From the NCBI GenBank assembly GCA_964016885.1, contig OZ024742.1, positions 315,332,001 through 315,396,000 on the forward strand: 64,000 nucleotides of DNA, read 5' to 3'. Shown here in pieces: positions 1 through 12,526 of this stretch (its first letter is position 1; every line of letters starts with the position of its first letter). Below the pieces are notes generated by a model. That model did no database searches, had not been told where the DNA came from, and saw only the letters and a program-made list of their open reading frames with translations. A program made the translations under genes and the position numbers. The DNA is from Eledone cirrhosa (Eukaryota).

Positions 1-82
1 GTTTGTTTTGTTTCACGTTGAGGTAGCTAGCTAACAGATAGATGGCGCTGTATATTTCACAGATAATTCCGGTGGCTGTACA
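1..82 (-). repeat. 3' LTR (partial)
   Basis: Direct repeat of about 5350-5434; begins TGTACA on the minus strand immediately after the PPT. Confidence 0.93.
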
Positions 83-95
83 TTATCCCCCTGCC
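83..95 (-). promoter_or_regulatory. Polypurine tract
   Basis: Minus strand GGCAGGGGGATAA abuts the TG start of the 3' LTR. Confidence 0.85.
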
Positions 96-1180
96 AGATC
101 TTTTGTACAACAAAAGAGCGAAATATCGTATAGTAATGGGCCAGTGGTGCATTTGTCATGACAATAGCCCCAGGAGTGTCCAGCACGTTGTGAAATTTTG
201 TGATCATCGAGTACAGGACAGAGTCGAAGTAGAGATGATATGGCAAGATGTGTGTGTCAGGAAGAGAAAAAAGAAATAAACTATAAAATGACTTTGACCA
301 GATTTATGCAGGCGTGATGAATGAGCCTGTTGCAATTTGGGTTGAGCTGCCTGTGAATTGCGTGACAAAAAGTCTAACTGGGCAGTGAAGATAACCGTAA
401 TGTGTGAACTGAATGGCCGTAAGCATGCTGCCTAAAAGTAACAGTTTGCTCCACAGTATATGTCTTGAGCGAATGTATGTGGTAAAAAAAATAGCGAGGC
501 ATTCTCGAGCTATTGAGTGAATGTGTACGTGAAAAAAAAAGGCCAGTGTTTTGAAATGCGTGATCAAAGTGAAAACATTTTGTAGTGTAAGAGTTAGAGG
601 GACACAAATATCTATTGCTCAGTGTATGAACCAAAAGGTGAAACAAACGTGGTTTTGTAGTGTGCATGAAAAACAGAATATGTACACGCCTTGTATGTAT
701 ATAAAAATTATGGCAATTACACAATCAATGTTACAGAACAAGAAAAATACAAATTTTTGCAAAACAAGAGAGAGAAGAAAAAAAAGAATGTTATACACAA
801 TGCTATACACAATGTTTGTTCTTAAATAGTGTTTGTAATAAATAATGTTCATTATAAATAATGTTCCTCGTGATATGAGCACATGGTCACTAAAAATTGC
901 AATTGTTCAAGCAGAAAGTTCATTGTATTTGAAACTGGAAATAGTAAACACAAAGGAAATGGGAATATTTTGCAAGAAGAATGATGAAGAAACTCACTTG
1001 AGGTTAACGGTAATTCACATATTGTGCCAACTTGGCGGGCCAATGGACACGTCGTCCACTTCTCGTGACTGGAAATGAAACAGGTGGCTTGTTGGGACAG
1101 CAATCTGTTGGAGTTTCTGGTGTAGAGAGTGTAACAGTATCCATGATGGCTTTTTTTAATCTGTCCACGCTGACAGAATT

Positions 1181-2527
1181 CTATTTACCATCTAGATCGA
1201 GAATAAAATATTTCGGATATTTTTTTAGAACACGATAAGAGCCAGAATATGGAGGTCGAAGATGATCTGAGTTGGTGTCGTTTCGAACGAAAACGTGTGT
1301 CCAATCTGTAATGTCTGAAGGTACATGTATGGCCGTGTTCTGTTGACGTGTGCTTGCAGGAGCAAGGTGAGACATATATTGTCGAAGACGGTGTACGTAT
1401 GATCCTGGGTCTGGAACATCCTGAGGAGAGATGGGAGCAACCATCTGACCAGGTAGAACCAGGGTGGTGCCGTACACTAATTCTGCAGGTGTGTGTCCGA
1501 ATTCCTCCTTAACGGTGGATCGAATGCCCAAAAGGATGAGTGGTAGGTATTCAAACCAGTGGGTCTTGTCTGGATATGCTTTTATTGCAGCTTTCAATTG
1601 ACGATGGAATCTTTCCACGAGACCATTAGCTTGCGGGTGATAAGCTGTCGTGCGGATGTGTTTACATCCTAACAGGCGAGTCAGTTCCCTGAAGAGGTGG
1701 GAGTCAAACTGGCGTCCTCTGTCCGTTGTTATCTTCGCTGGGGCGCCATAACGTGATACCCAGTGTAAAACCAAAGTTTTAGCGACTGTTTCCGCTGAGG
1801 TATCATTTATGGGAAAAGCCTCAGGCCAACGGTAAAATCGATCTATGCAAGTGAGCAAGTGTGTGTAGTTCTGTGATGGTGGTAGAGGTCCGACGATGTC
1901 GATATGCACATGATGAAAACGTGCATCAGGTTGCGCGAATGTGCCGAGTGGAGTTTTGATGTGTCTGTGGACTTTGGCTTTCTGGCAGGCAATGCAGCTC
2001 CTGGACCAGTCGCGCACGTCCTTGTTAATGTTAGTCCACACAAAACGAGCAGAGATGAGTTTCTGTGTAGCCCGGATTCCCGGGTGAGACAAGCAGTGTA
2101 AAGCAGAAAAAATGTGTCGATGATGCATCTGTGGTACGTACGGTCGTTCATGACCGGTAGAAAGGTCGCACCAAATTTGTCCCGGAGAAAAAGGAATGGG
2201 AACTTGCTGAAACTTGAGGGATGGCGAATCTCGGAGCTTGATAAACTCTTCGTCAGTCTCTTGGTCAGCTGCGATCTGTTGACGGTCGATGCCTGAATGC
2301 AGATGTATTGCGTTCAGCTGGATTCGGGACAGGGCGTCGGCTGCTACGTTGTCTGATCTCTTGATATGCCGAATATCAGTTGAATATTGGGAGACAAAAT
2401 CCAGGTGTCGGAGTTCTCTCGGTGAATGTCGATCAGGTTTGGTACGGAACGCATAAACTAGTGGTTTATGGTCTGTGTAGATCACGAAATCTGATCCTTC
2501 GAGCATGTGCCGAAAATGCTTAACCAA
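1181..2527 (-). CDS. Gypsy pol C-terminal part: end of RNase H ([16 protein letters not shown]) plus integrase
   Basis: H-H-C-C zinc motif (LHCLSHPG...CIACQ); DDE core ([21 protein letters not shown]). Separated from RT by a frameshift. Confidence 0.95.
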   Translation of the reverse strand: MVKHFRHMLEGSDFVIYTDHKPLVYAFRTKPDRHSPRELRHLDFVSQYSTDIRHIKRSDNVAADALSRIQLNAIHLHSGIDRQQIAADQETDEEFIKLRDSPSLKFQQVPIPFSPGQIWCDLSTGHERPYVPQMHHRHIFSALHCLSHPGIRATQKLISARFVWTNINKDVRDWSRSCIACQKAKVHRHIKTPLGTFAQPDARFHHVHIDIVGPLPPSQNYTHLLTCIDRFYRWPEAFPINDTSAETVAKTLVLHWVSRYGAPAKITTDRGRQFDSHLFRELTRLLGCKHIRTTAYHPQANGLVERFHRQLKAAIKAYPDKTHWFEYLPLILLGIRSTVKEEFGHTPAELVYGTTLVLPGQMVAPISPQDVPDPGSYVHRLRQYMSHLAPASTRQQNTAIHVPSDITDWTHVFVRNDTNSDHLRPPYSGSYRVLKKYPKYFILDLDGK

Positions 2528-3932
2528 AAGAGTTCGCGACCAAAGGTACTGTATTTTGTTTCTGCCGGTTGCAACCGCTTAGAAAAAAGGATAAGGGTTG
2601 CCACACGCCGTCAACATGTTGTTGTAAAACGTCTCCAACCCCCGTGCCTGATGCGTCCACTAGCAGCGAAAGAAGAGTGCCAGACCTGGGGAAAACGAGC
2701 ATGGAAGCGTTTGCCAATATTTCCTTCAGGCGGTGAAAAGATGTTAATTCTTCCTCGTTTAGAGTGATCTCTTCGTTTTTGCGAGTCCGGTTACGAAGAA
2801 GGTCCGTGAGGAGTCTGGCTGCGTCGGAAGAATGAGGGATGAAACGCCTATAAAAATTCACCAGACCGAGGAATTCACCCAGTTTCCGAAGTGATGTAGG
2901 TGCGGGAAAACTGCGGATAGCTTCTACTTTCTCGGGAAGTGGACGAATGCCTTCTTTATCGATGATGTTCCCGAGAAAGGACAGTGAAGGAACGCCGAGA
3001 AAGCACTTGCTGGGGTTGATGATGATACCGTACTCAGCCAAACGTTGGAAATGGAGATCTAAGTGCTTCTCGTGTTCTTGCTCGGAAGTACTTGCTACCA
3101 GCACGTCGTCAATATACGCGTATACGAAGGGTATATCGCGTAACACGGTGTCAATAAACCGCTGAAAAGTTTGTGCAGCGTTGCGCAGATCGAACGGCAT
3201 TCGCAAGAATTCGAATAAACCGAACGGCGTTGTGATTGCAGTCTTCGGAATACCTGCAGGCTCCATAAGTATCTGGTTATATGCACGCACCAAATCTATC
3301 TTGGAAAAGATGCGTGCGCCTTGCAGAGAGGCAGAAAAGTCGTGCAGGTGAGGTACAGGGTAATTATCGGGCACTGTAGAATTGTTAAGTGCACGATAAT
3401 CCCCACATGGTCGCCAATCATTCTCAGTTTTTTTAGGAACAAGGTGTAGGGGTGCATACCAGTTGCTGGAGGAAGGGCGAATGATTCCGAGGTCCAGCAT
3501 GTGTTGGAACTCCTGCTTGGCGATTCTCAATCGGTCTGGAGGCAGTATCCTTGGTCGGGCAGCTGTGGGCGGTCCTCTTGTCTCGATGTGGTGTGTGACA
3601 CTATGCTTAATAGGACCATCCTTAAATACTGGGCGAGTGATGTCTGGGTATTTCTGGAGAATGCCGTTGTACCGCGAAGACTCTGACTGGCAAATTACAG
3701 GGCTCACTGTGGATTGCGTGGTAAATATACCTCTCACGGTGAGGTTTGTGGTGGTGTCAATAAGCCTCCGGTTCTTCATGTCTACCAGAAGGTTGAAGTG
3801 GTGGAGAAAATCGGCTCCTAGGATAGGGGTCGGCAGGTCTGCCACGATGAACACCCATTGAAAACGCCGCCTCGGGCCTAAATTGAGGGTCAGTGATTTT
3901 TCCCCGAAAGTCGGAAGTGACGATCGGTTCAC
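2520..3932 (-). CDS. Gypsy reverse transcriptase and start of RNase H
   Basis: Motifs [40 protein letters not shown] and VDASG. Confidence 0.95.
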   Translation of the reverse strand: MNRSSLPTFGEKSLTLNLGPRRRFQWVFIVADLPTPILGADFLHHFNLLVDMKNRRLIDTTTNLTVRGIFTTQSTVSPVICQSESSRYNGILQKYPDITRPVFKDGPIKHSVTHHIETRGPPTAARPRILPPDRLRIAKQEFQHMLDLGIIRPSSSNWYAPLHLVPKKTENDWRPCGDYRALNNSTVPDNYPVPHLHDFSASLQGARIFSKIDLVRAYNQILMEPAGIPKTAITTPFGLFEFLRMPFDLRNAAQTFQRFIDTVLRDIPFVYAYIDDVLVASTSEQEHEKHLDLHFQRLAEYGIIINPSKCFLGVPSLSFLGNIIDKEGIRPLPEKVEAIRSFPAPTSLRKLGEFLGLVNFYRRFIPHSSDAARLLTDLLRNRTRKNEEITLNEEELTSFHRLKEILANASMLVFPRSGTLLSLLVDASGTGVGDVLQQHVDGVWQPLSFFLSGCNRQKQNTVPLVANSFG

Positions 3933-3969
3933 TGCCTGCAGAAAGGACGGTGTTGGGTGTCTTTTGCCC

Positions 3970-4121
3970 TAGATTAGTGAAACAGGAATAACACTAACCT
4001 GGGCTCCTGTATCCACGAGGTAACGGATGCCTGTCGCCTGGTCGTTAATAAAAAATAGACGACTTTTCTTTTCAGTACCAGGGGTGAACGTCGTCGCTAG
4101 GCCCTGGTCTGCCCGTTTCCC
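3970..4121 (-). pseudogene. Aspartic protease N-terminal part in the -1 frame of gag, disrupted
   Basis: Hand translation KRADQGLATTFTPGTEKKSRLFFINDQATGIRYLVDTGAQVSVIP contains the DTG catalytic motif, followed by a stop. Confidence 0.85.
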
Positions 4122-4936
4122 TGGGTGGTATTCTGGAAAGAGCACGGGGCCCTACACTTAGATGCCTGTGCGCCGAATTCTTCGTGATACCAGCAGAGGT
4201 TGCCAGACACACGATTTTGACTGGGACTTCTGGATCTTCGATGGTGAAAGGGCCTGGATCGACTGTTGCTGCGCCGCCGGTGTGTTTGCAAGGTCAGGCT
4301 CTCTAATTGGTTTGAGAGGGCTTTAATTTGACCTGAAATCTCGGAGGTGGAGTCCGAGGACGCTACGTAAGGGTTCGTCCGACGATCTACCTGTGCTACT
4401 GAGGCAAAAGGGTTTGACACCTCAGCGATCTTATCTGCGACACTCGCCAGTTCTTCCGGGTTTGCTGACTCGTTAGTCGACGCCAGAATGCCCTGCATCG
4501 ATAAGGGCAAGCGCTGTATAAACAGCCGTTTCAGCAGATCTTCTGAAAGCGGCTGGTCCTCCATCAGCTGTCTCATCTTTCGCAATAGTTGAGACGGTTT
4601 TCTGTCCCCCAATTCTTCTGCAGACACGAGTTGGTTGAGTCGTCTCTGCTGTGACGCGGTCGTCCGCTTTATCAATTCCTTGCGGAATGATTCATATGAA
4701 ACCGTGCCCGGCGGTGCCATGACGAGGTCCCTCACCTCAGCCAAGACTTCTGGCAGGACAGACCCAATGATGTAGGTGAGCTTTACGGAATCGCTCTTAA
4801 TTCTGTTAGCGGCGAATTGCGCTTCTGTGTGAGCGAACCACAGAGTCGGGTCGTTGGACCAAAACACGGGGACTTTCAGTGTTAACGCCGCTTGTGTGGT
4901 TGGTATCTCGGCCTCTGTCGTTTGTGACATGTCCAT
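4097..4936 (-). CDS. Gypsy Gag
   Basis: PVFWSNDPTLWF...EAQF, LGDRKPSQLL, LFIQRLP and C-terminal CWYH...C...C, typical of this Gypsy Gag type. Confidence 0.93.
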   Translation of the reverse strand: MDMSQTTEAEIPTTQAALTLKVPVFWSNDPTLWFAHTEAQFAANRIKSDSVKLTYIIGSVLPEVLAEVRDLVMAPPGTVSYESFRKELIKRTTASQQRRLNQLVSAEELGDRKPSQLLRKMRQLMEDQPLSEDLLKRLFIQRLPLSMQGILASTNESANPEELASVADKIAEVSNPFASVAQVDRRTNPYVASSDSTSEISGQIKALSNQLESLTLQTHRRRSNSRSRPFHHRRSRSPSQNRVSGNLCWYHEEFGAQASKCRAPCSFQNTTQGNGQTRA

Positions 4937-4977
4937 GTTGGTATTTTTTCTTAGGTGCCGTCTGGGTGCGCGTTCGA

Positions 4978-4995
4978 CTCACGTCGGGGTCACCA
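4978..4995 (-). promoter_or_regulatory. Primer binding site complementary to the 3' end of tRNA-Trp
   Basis: Minus strand TGGTGACCCCGACGTGA lies 2 nt after the CA end of the 5' LTR and matches metazoan tRNA-Trp ...TCACGTCGGGGTCACCA. Confidence 0.9.
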
Positions 4996-4997
4996 AT

Positions 4998-5434
4998 TGT
5001 AGCGACGTGGTTAGTCAGTCTGGTCACTACTTCTGATCAGATCCGAGAATAGCCCTTAGAAGGACTGTTGTCACTGGTGAGGATGGACAGACGAAAGCAC
5101 AAGTTGAAAAGGACGAAGCAAGGCGAGATGTAAATTCGATCAGCTATTTATTTTCACATGAAGCGACGATACAAGATACAAGGCGTGTGTGAGTGACAAA
5201 GCGTGGCAGAGTAAAGGAACAACGATACGCTAGCTGACTCTGCCAAAGGTCGACTGGCGAAAGTGTTTGGGATCACTCTATTTATACAGAAATAATCGTT
5301 TGATGTTTAGACGCTGTGTAGGCGTTTATTCTGGTGATTTCTAAGGGTTGTTTGTTTTGTTTCACGTTGAGGTAGCTAGCTAACAGATAGATGGCGCTGT
5401 ATATTTCACAGATGTTATTTCCGGTGGCTGTAGA
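4998..5434 (-). repeat. 5' LTR (about 437 bp)
   Basis: + strand starts TGTAGCG next to the PBS and ends GGCTGTAGA, versus GGCTGTACA in the other LTR. Confidence 0.9.
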
Positions 5435-6625
<1,191 letters not shown>

Positions 6626-6862
6626 TTCTTTATTAGCCACAGGGGCACAAAAGAAAGGGAAAAATACAAAGGGGGAAGTTTACATACAATAAAAACGTGT
6701 AAAATGTTATCACAGATGGAATTTAAAAGTTAGTCGATTTTCCCCAATAGAGGGAGACAGTTTATATGGGTAACACATACCCCCGAAAAAAAATGTGCAA
6801 CCCTCATCTCCAGGAGTACGAAGAGCTTGTACTCCTTTCCTCTCCTCCTCCTTTTCCTCAAC

Positions 6863-8890
6863 CTACAGGCTGATATAGAGAGAAGGCCCATTCACTCGGG
6901 CCATTCTCGCCACTTTCACCCACCTTTCATAAAACTTGCTGGGGTACAGCACCTCTCTCTCCATCCTGATTCTTCTTCCAAAGTGGTATTTGAAAAAAAG
7001 AATCAGTTGTTGGCCGGAGAGAAAGGTGTCTGACCTCAGCCCTTTCAACCTTGTCCACCATACAACCTCTTTCGCCATAGCTATCACACAAAGGAAAACC
7101 GCCTCTCCTTCGTTTTTGAAGGAGGGTGGCGGTTTGATCATGACAATGGACTCGGTGGTCAACTGGATTGGTCCCACCTGCGACAATAGTCGTTCTGCAT
7201 AGCCCCACAGGTCAGTGACGCCCGGGCAGTGTATGAATGCGTGCGCGACGGTTTCTTCGTCTCGCACGCACCTCGGACAGATCTTTTTTGCAGGGTCCCT
7301 GCCCGGGCGCCCATGTCTGTAGAGCTTGTCTCGAACTGGTAGAGCTCCTCGGTAGCACTGCCAGGCCAGGGACTTTTGGAAGTTGTCCATCGGTCCCGAG
7401 CGGAAGGTCCTACCGAACAGACTGGCCAGTTCATCTTCCTCTACGCCTAGAGTTTCACCGAGCGCGTCGTCGCACTTGCTGCGGACCAACCCTCTATAGA
7501 ATGACGAAGTGGAGTCTCCACTGATCGCCGGGTCCGCCTGCCAGAGGGCTGTGAGCGCCTGAGCACATTCGATGTGCCAGTCGCCCATTTTCCTCGGTCT
7601 CTGCTTGACCCAGGACTGCAGCTCGGTCAGCGAGACGAGTCGTGGGAAGGCTCGCCTCACGAACGGGGCCCACACCGCTTGTCCGGTGAGGAATACGTAG
7701 AGATGCCGCAGCCTGAGCGCGTGTTTGCGCATCGTCAACCACGGCATCCCCAGCCCTTCGTTAGAAGGGTGTTGGCAGCAGATGGATCTTCTCACCAAAG
7801 GAGCCCGCCTCTTCCAAAGGAATCGGAAGAGCGCGCGCTCCATTTTGGCGAGCGTTTTGGCTGGACAAGGCACGACGGTCAAGCGGTAGTAGATGGCGGA
7901 CGCTATAAAAGTGTTCGCCACCTCCGCTCGACCTTTCAAGGATAGTTTGCACTCGGCCCACTTCTGGGTGAGTGCAAACACCTTGGTCGTCACTTCGTTC
8001 CAGTTCTTCTCCACCTGGAGGTCCGGACCAAACCAGACCCCGAGCAGCTTTACCGGTCCTTCCGTCCAGCGTCCGACGACGCCATCGGAAGGCATCGGTC
8101 TGCCTCTCCACGATCCGAGTTGCAAACCGATGGACTTGTCCCGGTTCAGCTTCGCTCCTGTGAGACTTTCGTATTCCTTTAGTAAGGTGCCGACTTCCTC
8201 GATTTGCGAGGCGCTCGACACCATTACTGTCACGTCGTCGGCGTAGGCCGACGCCGCTTTCCGCATTCCCGGTTCCAGAGGGATGCCCTGCAATAGCTCC
8301 AGCTTCCGCAGTAGTGGCTCGAGAGTCAGTACGTACAGAAGGGAGGAGAGAGGGCATCCCTGTCGAATGGATCGCGTAATATGGAACGGCTCCGAGAGGT
8401 AGCCGTTCACCTTGACCCTTGAGCAGATGTTGCTGTTGTGCATTGCAGCAATCCAGCCCCTGAACACGGGTCCGAAGCCTGCCGCCTCGAGCACCGCATC
8501 CAGGTAACGATGGTCAACCCTATCGAAAGCCTTAGACTGATCCAAGTTGATCAGGGCCCCACCGAAGCCGGGTTTACACCCTACCCTCTCTATGATGTAT
8601 CGCATGAGGTGGAGGTTGTCGTGTATGGACCTGGTCGGGATTGCGCATGTCTGCGCTTCTCCCACCAGGTTCTCGACGACAAGCGCCAACCTCTTTGCCA
8701 ACACCTTGGCCAAAATCTGTAACTCTGTGTTTAGCAAAGTTATGGGCCGGAATTTGCCTATGTCATCCCCCTTATTCTCGTCCTTCCTGATTAGTGTGAC
8801 CACGCCCCCGGTTACAGAACTGGGAATTCTCCCGTTCTGTTGCCAGTTGCAGTAGACCGCTTCCAGGAGACCGGAGAATAAGTCCGGCAT
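6863..8890 (-). CDS. Tx1 ORF2 reverse transcriptase plus C-terminal zinc finger (frameshifted from the APE part near 8980)
   Basis: FRPITLLNT, DQSKAFDRVDH, RQGCPLS, YADD and CPRC...ETVAHAFIHC. Confidence 0.95.
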   Translation of the reverse strand: MPDLFSGLLEAVYCNWQQNGRIPSSVTGGVVTLIRKDENKGDDIGKFRPITLLNTELQILAKVLAKRLALVVENLVGEAQTCAIPTRSIHDNLHLMRYIIERVGCKPGFGGALINLDQSKAFDRVDHRYLDAVLEAAGFGPVFRGWIAAMHNSNICSRVKVNGYLSEPFHITRSIRQGCPLSSLLYVLTLEPLLRKLELLQGIPLEPGMRKAASAYADDVTVMVSSASQIEEVGTLLKEYESLTGAKLNRDKSIGLQLGSWRGRPMPSDGVVGRWTEGPVKLLGVWFGPDLQVEKNWNEVTTKVFALTQKWAECKLSLKGRAEVANTFIASAIYYRLTVVPCPAKTLAKMERALFRFLWKRRAPLVRRSICCQHPSNEGLGMPWLTMRKHALRLRHLYVFLTGQAVWAPFVRRAFPRLVSLTELQSWVKQRPRKMGDWHIECAQALTALWQADPAISGDSTSSFYRGLVRSKCDDALGETLGVEEDELASLFGRTFRSGPMDNFQKSLAWQCYRGALPVRDKLYRHGRPGRDPAKKICPRCVRDEETVAHAFIHCPGVTDLWGYAERLLSQVGPIQLTTESIVMIKPPPSFKNEGEAVFLCVIAMAKEVVWWTRLKGLRSDTFLSGQQLILFFKYHFGRRIRMEREVLYPSKFYERWVKVARMARVNGPSLYISL

Positions 8891-8977
8891 TGCTACGTAA
8901 AATTCGTAGGGTAGACCGTCGAGACCTGGAGATTTGCGTTTGCTGCATTGGCTCAGCGCGTCCCCTATCTCAGTGGC

Positions 8978-10303
8978 TTAAATCGGCTTTTCGCAGAACT
9001 TCGCCTCGCTGTCCGAGAGTCGCGGTAGGCCGTCGAGGTATGGACCGAAATCCATAGCCTCTCCCGGCGCGCCGCTCCCCCCGAACAGCCGAGCAAAGTG
9101 CCGCTGAAAAGCCGCACACATCTGCTTCGGCTCACGTATCACGCGTCCGTTTTGGTCCTTCAAAGACCGAATCGTGGACTTGTTGCCACTTTTTGCCTCC
9201 GTCACTCGGGCCCAGCTAACAGCTTTGGCTCCCTCGTTTCCCAGAGCACGTATTTTGCTTCTGACAACGCAGCCCTCGTGCTTTGCGTCGAAGAACTGGT
9301 CCAAGGCCGTTCTCGTTGCTAGCACGCTGGCTACGTTGCCACTTCTAATTGCCTCTTCTACTTTATCTACCAGTTCCTTCTCGGTTCTATTTCTATCTAA
9401 CGCTAATTCTTTACTAAAAACTATCGAGTCTAATCTAACTTCCCTCTTGAGAGAGTACCACCATCTGTTGTTGACAAAGGTCCCTGTCAACTGGTGTTGT
9501 TTAACTAAAGTGCTAATCCGTCTACTGTAGGCTTTGCTTGTCGGTAACGACAAGTTCAGCTTCCAGTAGCCGGGTCCTTGTCTATGGGTTCTATCAAGGT
9601 TGGCCATGCAGGTCACTAGTTTGTGATCTGAATAGGCAACCATGAACATTTGTGGACAGCTTAACATGTCCCTATCCTTATTTCTAACTAGAACCCTATC
9701 TAGGTACGATCTAGATGTTCCGCTACGATTACTCCACGTCCACAGTGGCGCAGTCGGAAAATCTAGTCGATATCCATCGGCCAGGCCAAATCGGTCGATT
9801 AACTGTTTGAGGCTGTTACACTCCCCTTTATCGGGACATGCTCCCACATAGTCCCAACGTGCATCTAGGATTCCATTCCAGTCCCCCACTAAAAGCAAGG
9901 AGCGGGACGTTCCCAGAAAAGTCTCTAGACGTTTGAAGAAGTCTGGCCGCGGTGTCCCGGATGGGGCATATGCGGCCACCAGCCTGAACGCTCCACCTTC
10001 ACTACCGTCAACGTCTAGGACCACCAGTCGACCCTCCGGGTCCAGATGTACCGTCTGTGTTACGAGGCCCAGGTGTTTCCGCAGCAAAACGGCAACTCCG
10101 CCCCCACCCCCCGGTTGACAGAGAGATGCGTAGATCTCAAAGTCATCGAAGATGGGGGCCAGCTGTCGCTCGCCGTGGATCCTGGACTCGCAAATGGCTA
10201 CCACATCCATACTGTGCGACCTGGGGTCGTTTAAGAGTTTGCCCTGTTTCCAGGGCATCCCCAGGCCGCGTACGTTCACACATCCAACTCTTATATTGGC
10301 CAT
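8978..10303 (-). CDS. Tx1 ORF2 APE-type endonuclease and linker
   Basis: NVRGL, GVAVL, AYAP, GDWN, SYLDRV, YSDH and GPGYWKLN. Confidence 0.95.
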   Translation of the reverse strand: MANIRVGCVNVRGLGMPWKQGKLLNDPRSHSMDVVAICESRIHGERQLAPIFDDFEIYASLCQPGGGGGVAVLLRKHLGLVTQTVHLDPEGRLVVLDVDGSEGGAFRLVAAYAPSGTPRPDFFKRLETFLGTSRSLLLVGDWNGILDARWDYVGACPDKGECNSLKQLIDRFGLADGYRLDFPTAPLWTWSNRSGTSRSYLDRVLVRNKDRDMLSCPQMFMVAYSDHKLVTCMANLDRTHRQGPGYWKLNLSLPTSKAYSRRISTLVKQHQLTGTFVNNRWWYSLKREVRLDSIVFSKELALDRNRTEKELVDKVEEAIRSGNVASVLATRTALDQFFDAKHEGCVVRSKIRALGNEGAKAVSWARVTEAKSGNKSTIRSLKDQNGRVIREPKQMCAAFQRHFARLFGGSGAPGEAMDFGPYLDGLPRLSDSEAKFCEKPI

Positions 10304-10336
10304 GTTGGTGCTGAAAAGTTAAAAGAGGAAAAGAGA

Positions 10337-12252
10337 TCACTCACCCTTCGCCTCCTGGGGACCAGGCCGCACGATTTCCATGGGGGTGTTGGAGGGGTTG
10401 TCTGGATGGGTGGTGGTTTCCGGCGGGGTGGGGACGCAGATGTCTGGTGGGGTGGGGTCTGGTGGGATGGGGGTGTCTGGGGTGGGGAGGCATTTGAGAA
10501 GGACGCGGTTGAGTGGTTTCACGCAGGAATTCCCCACATCCTTCTCAAATGTTTCTTTTAGGGACCTATAAGTTTGTATAGGGACCCTAATCAGTTTTAG
10601 GTTCAGTTTTTTGCTATTTTTTATAGAGTGGGCGAAAGTTTTCCCTTCGGTGGAAACCGAAGGGTCGTTCGTGATGGTCTCCATTAGTGTTTTGTTTTCA
10701 GTATTTATGTAAGTGTAAGTGTAATTTTCTTGTGTTGTGTTTGTTTTTGTCTGTAGTTCTTGTGTGTGCTTTCGTTTTGTTGTAGGTATTTTGTTTTCAG
10801 GAGGTGGGGGTTTTGTTTGTGATATTTTTGTTGTTTGTGTTGGTGGTTGTATGTTTGTGGTAGTGTTTGCTGGTTTTTTGCTTTTGTGATGTCTTTTCTT
10901 TCTTTTCGAGCGATGGGGTTCTCCCTCGTCTTCACTGGGTGATGGCGAGATAGCCTCATCTGTTGTATCGTCTGTGTGATTGGGGAGGGGTATGTCTTGG
11001 GGAGCTGTTGTGTCTGTATGTGATTTTGCAGTGGTTTTAGGTGGAGTGGGGTTGGGTGGGACTGTGTTTGTTGTGGTTATTTTTGTGTGTTTGTGTTGTT
11101 GTTGTTGTGGTGGTGTTGGTGGTTGTGTTGTTTTGATGGGTGTCGGCAGAAGAGCCTTTTTTTGGTTCATTAGTTTAGGACAGGAAGCCCTCAGGTGACC
11201 CCTGCTAAAGCAATGGTAACATGAAGGCCGCCTACCCTCAACCGAAAGGTTTATGTAGGTGAGTCCGTCCAGGAGTACACGCTGTGGGATCATAGCTATT
11301 CGCTCTGGGCTCATTTGCACCAGAACTTCAATGCTAGTCCCATTGAATACATCTCTGGGGGACTTGCCTACTGACAGTATTCTGTCTTCATCAAAATTGA
11401 TGAAGCCGCACAGTATCCACCATATGTTCACCTTTGGTGTGACACTTGTGATTCTGATCTTTTGTGTCCTTTTTCCCATGTATGTAGGGAAAAAGGTGTA
11501 CAGGTTGGATACAATTGGCGACACAGAGTAATTTTGGGCCGTCAATTGATCCTTCATGAGTACCGAAATACTCCCAAAAAGTTTGCTTCTTTGAATGAAT
11601 GCAATATCATTCATTGAATCTTTGAAAACCAGTTCAATATCTTTCTGTGACAATTGGACTAGTTTTCGGGTAGAATTGGAAACTGTCCTAAAAACTATCG
11701 TTTTGAGAGCAGTTTCCTTGCGAATTTCTACCGGAGAATTGATGCTGAAAGCACCATTTTTTCGAAGGTGACATATCTCTTAGCGTCCTTTAAAAGGTGT
11801 TCAGCATTTGTTATGTCGAGATATATCAATTGTTCTTTCTTTTGAACTTTCTCCGCAAAGGAGATTTTTGGTTTCTTTGTGGAATCCGTATTGGTGGTGT
11901 TGTCATTATTGTTGTTATTCTTGTTGTTATTCTTGTTGTCACCGATGTTGGTATCATCCGTATTTTCCTTGGTGTTGTTGTTGTCTTTGATGCTGGTGTT
12001 ATTGGCGTTGTCTTTATTTTTTTCTTTGTTGTTGTTATCATTGTTGCTTTTATCATCATTATTGGTTTTGCTGTTATTTTTGTTGTCATTGAGCTGTTTG
12101 GTGTCATTTGTGTTGTTTGGATGTGAATTCGTTTTTTTATTTTCATTTTGTCTTTCCATCTCTATAGTATCTAGTGAAGAAAACGTTGTTGACTGCGAGC
12201 TTTGTAGTCTTACCGCCTCTCCACCACCATTATCGTTGGACGCAGCGTTCAT
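10337..12252 (-). pseudogene. Tx1 ORF1, split by a frameshift near 11760 (ORFs 11728-12252 and 10337-11653)
   Basis: CCHC knuckle CYHCFSRGHLRASC; Asn-rich and Pro/Thr-rich low-complexity tracts; colinear with the uninterrupted part of copy A ORF1. Confidence 0.88.
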
Positions 12253-12469
12253 AACGTAATCAAAATTTTACAATATTTTTTCCAAGATTCGATGGAGAAA
12301 AATTTTTTAAATGGATATTCCGCCCCTGAAGGGGCGAAAATGAGTTGACCCACCAGCTGAAGGTCCAGACGGGTGGTCAAGTTACACAATGATATAAAAT
12401 TTAACTAAAAACTCACGTTTTTTTCTTACATAAATTAACGGAAACTTCTCCGCGAAGTGACACACGACT

Positions 12470-12476
12470 GATAGAG

Positions 12477-12525
<49 letters not shown>
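12470..12525. repeat. (GATA)n microsatellite between Tx1 copies B and C
   Basis: Tetranucleotide run. Confidence 0.98.
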
Positions 12526-12526
12526 T

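Larger units (their letters stand above)
1..5434 (-). mobile_element. Ty3/Gypsy LTR retrotransposon, near full length, 3' LTR cut by the window edge; several frame disruptions
   Basis: Order is gag, PR, RT, RH, IN. LTR repeat at 1-82 matches about 5350-5434. PBS and PPT are both present. Confidence 0.97.
6626..12469 (-). mobile_element. Full-length Tx1/L1-clade non-LTR retrotransposon, copy B
   Basis: 5' UTR, ORF1, ORF2 (APE, RT, zinc finger), and a 3' end AATAAAGAA joined directly to (TATC)n. Confidence 0.95.

Noticed and set aside
100-1030. Extra ORF (env-like) in the Gypsy 3' region
   Set aside because: Only short ORFs with no recognisable motif.
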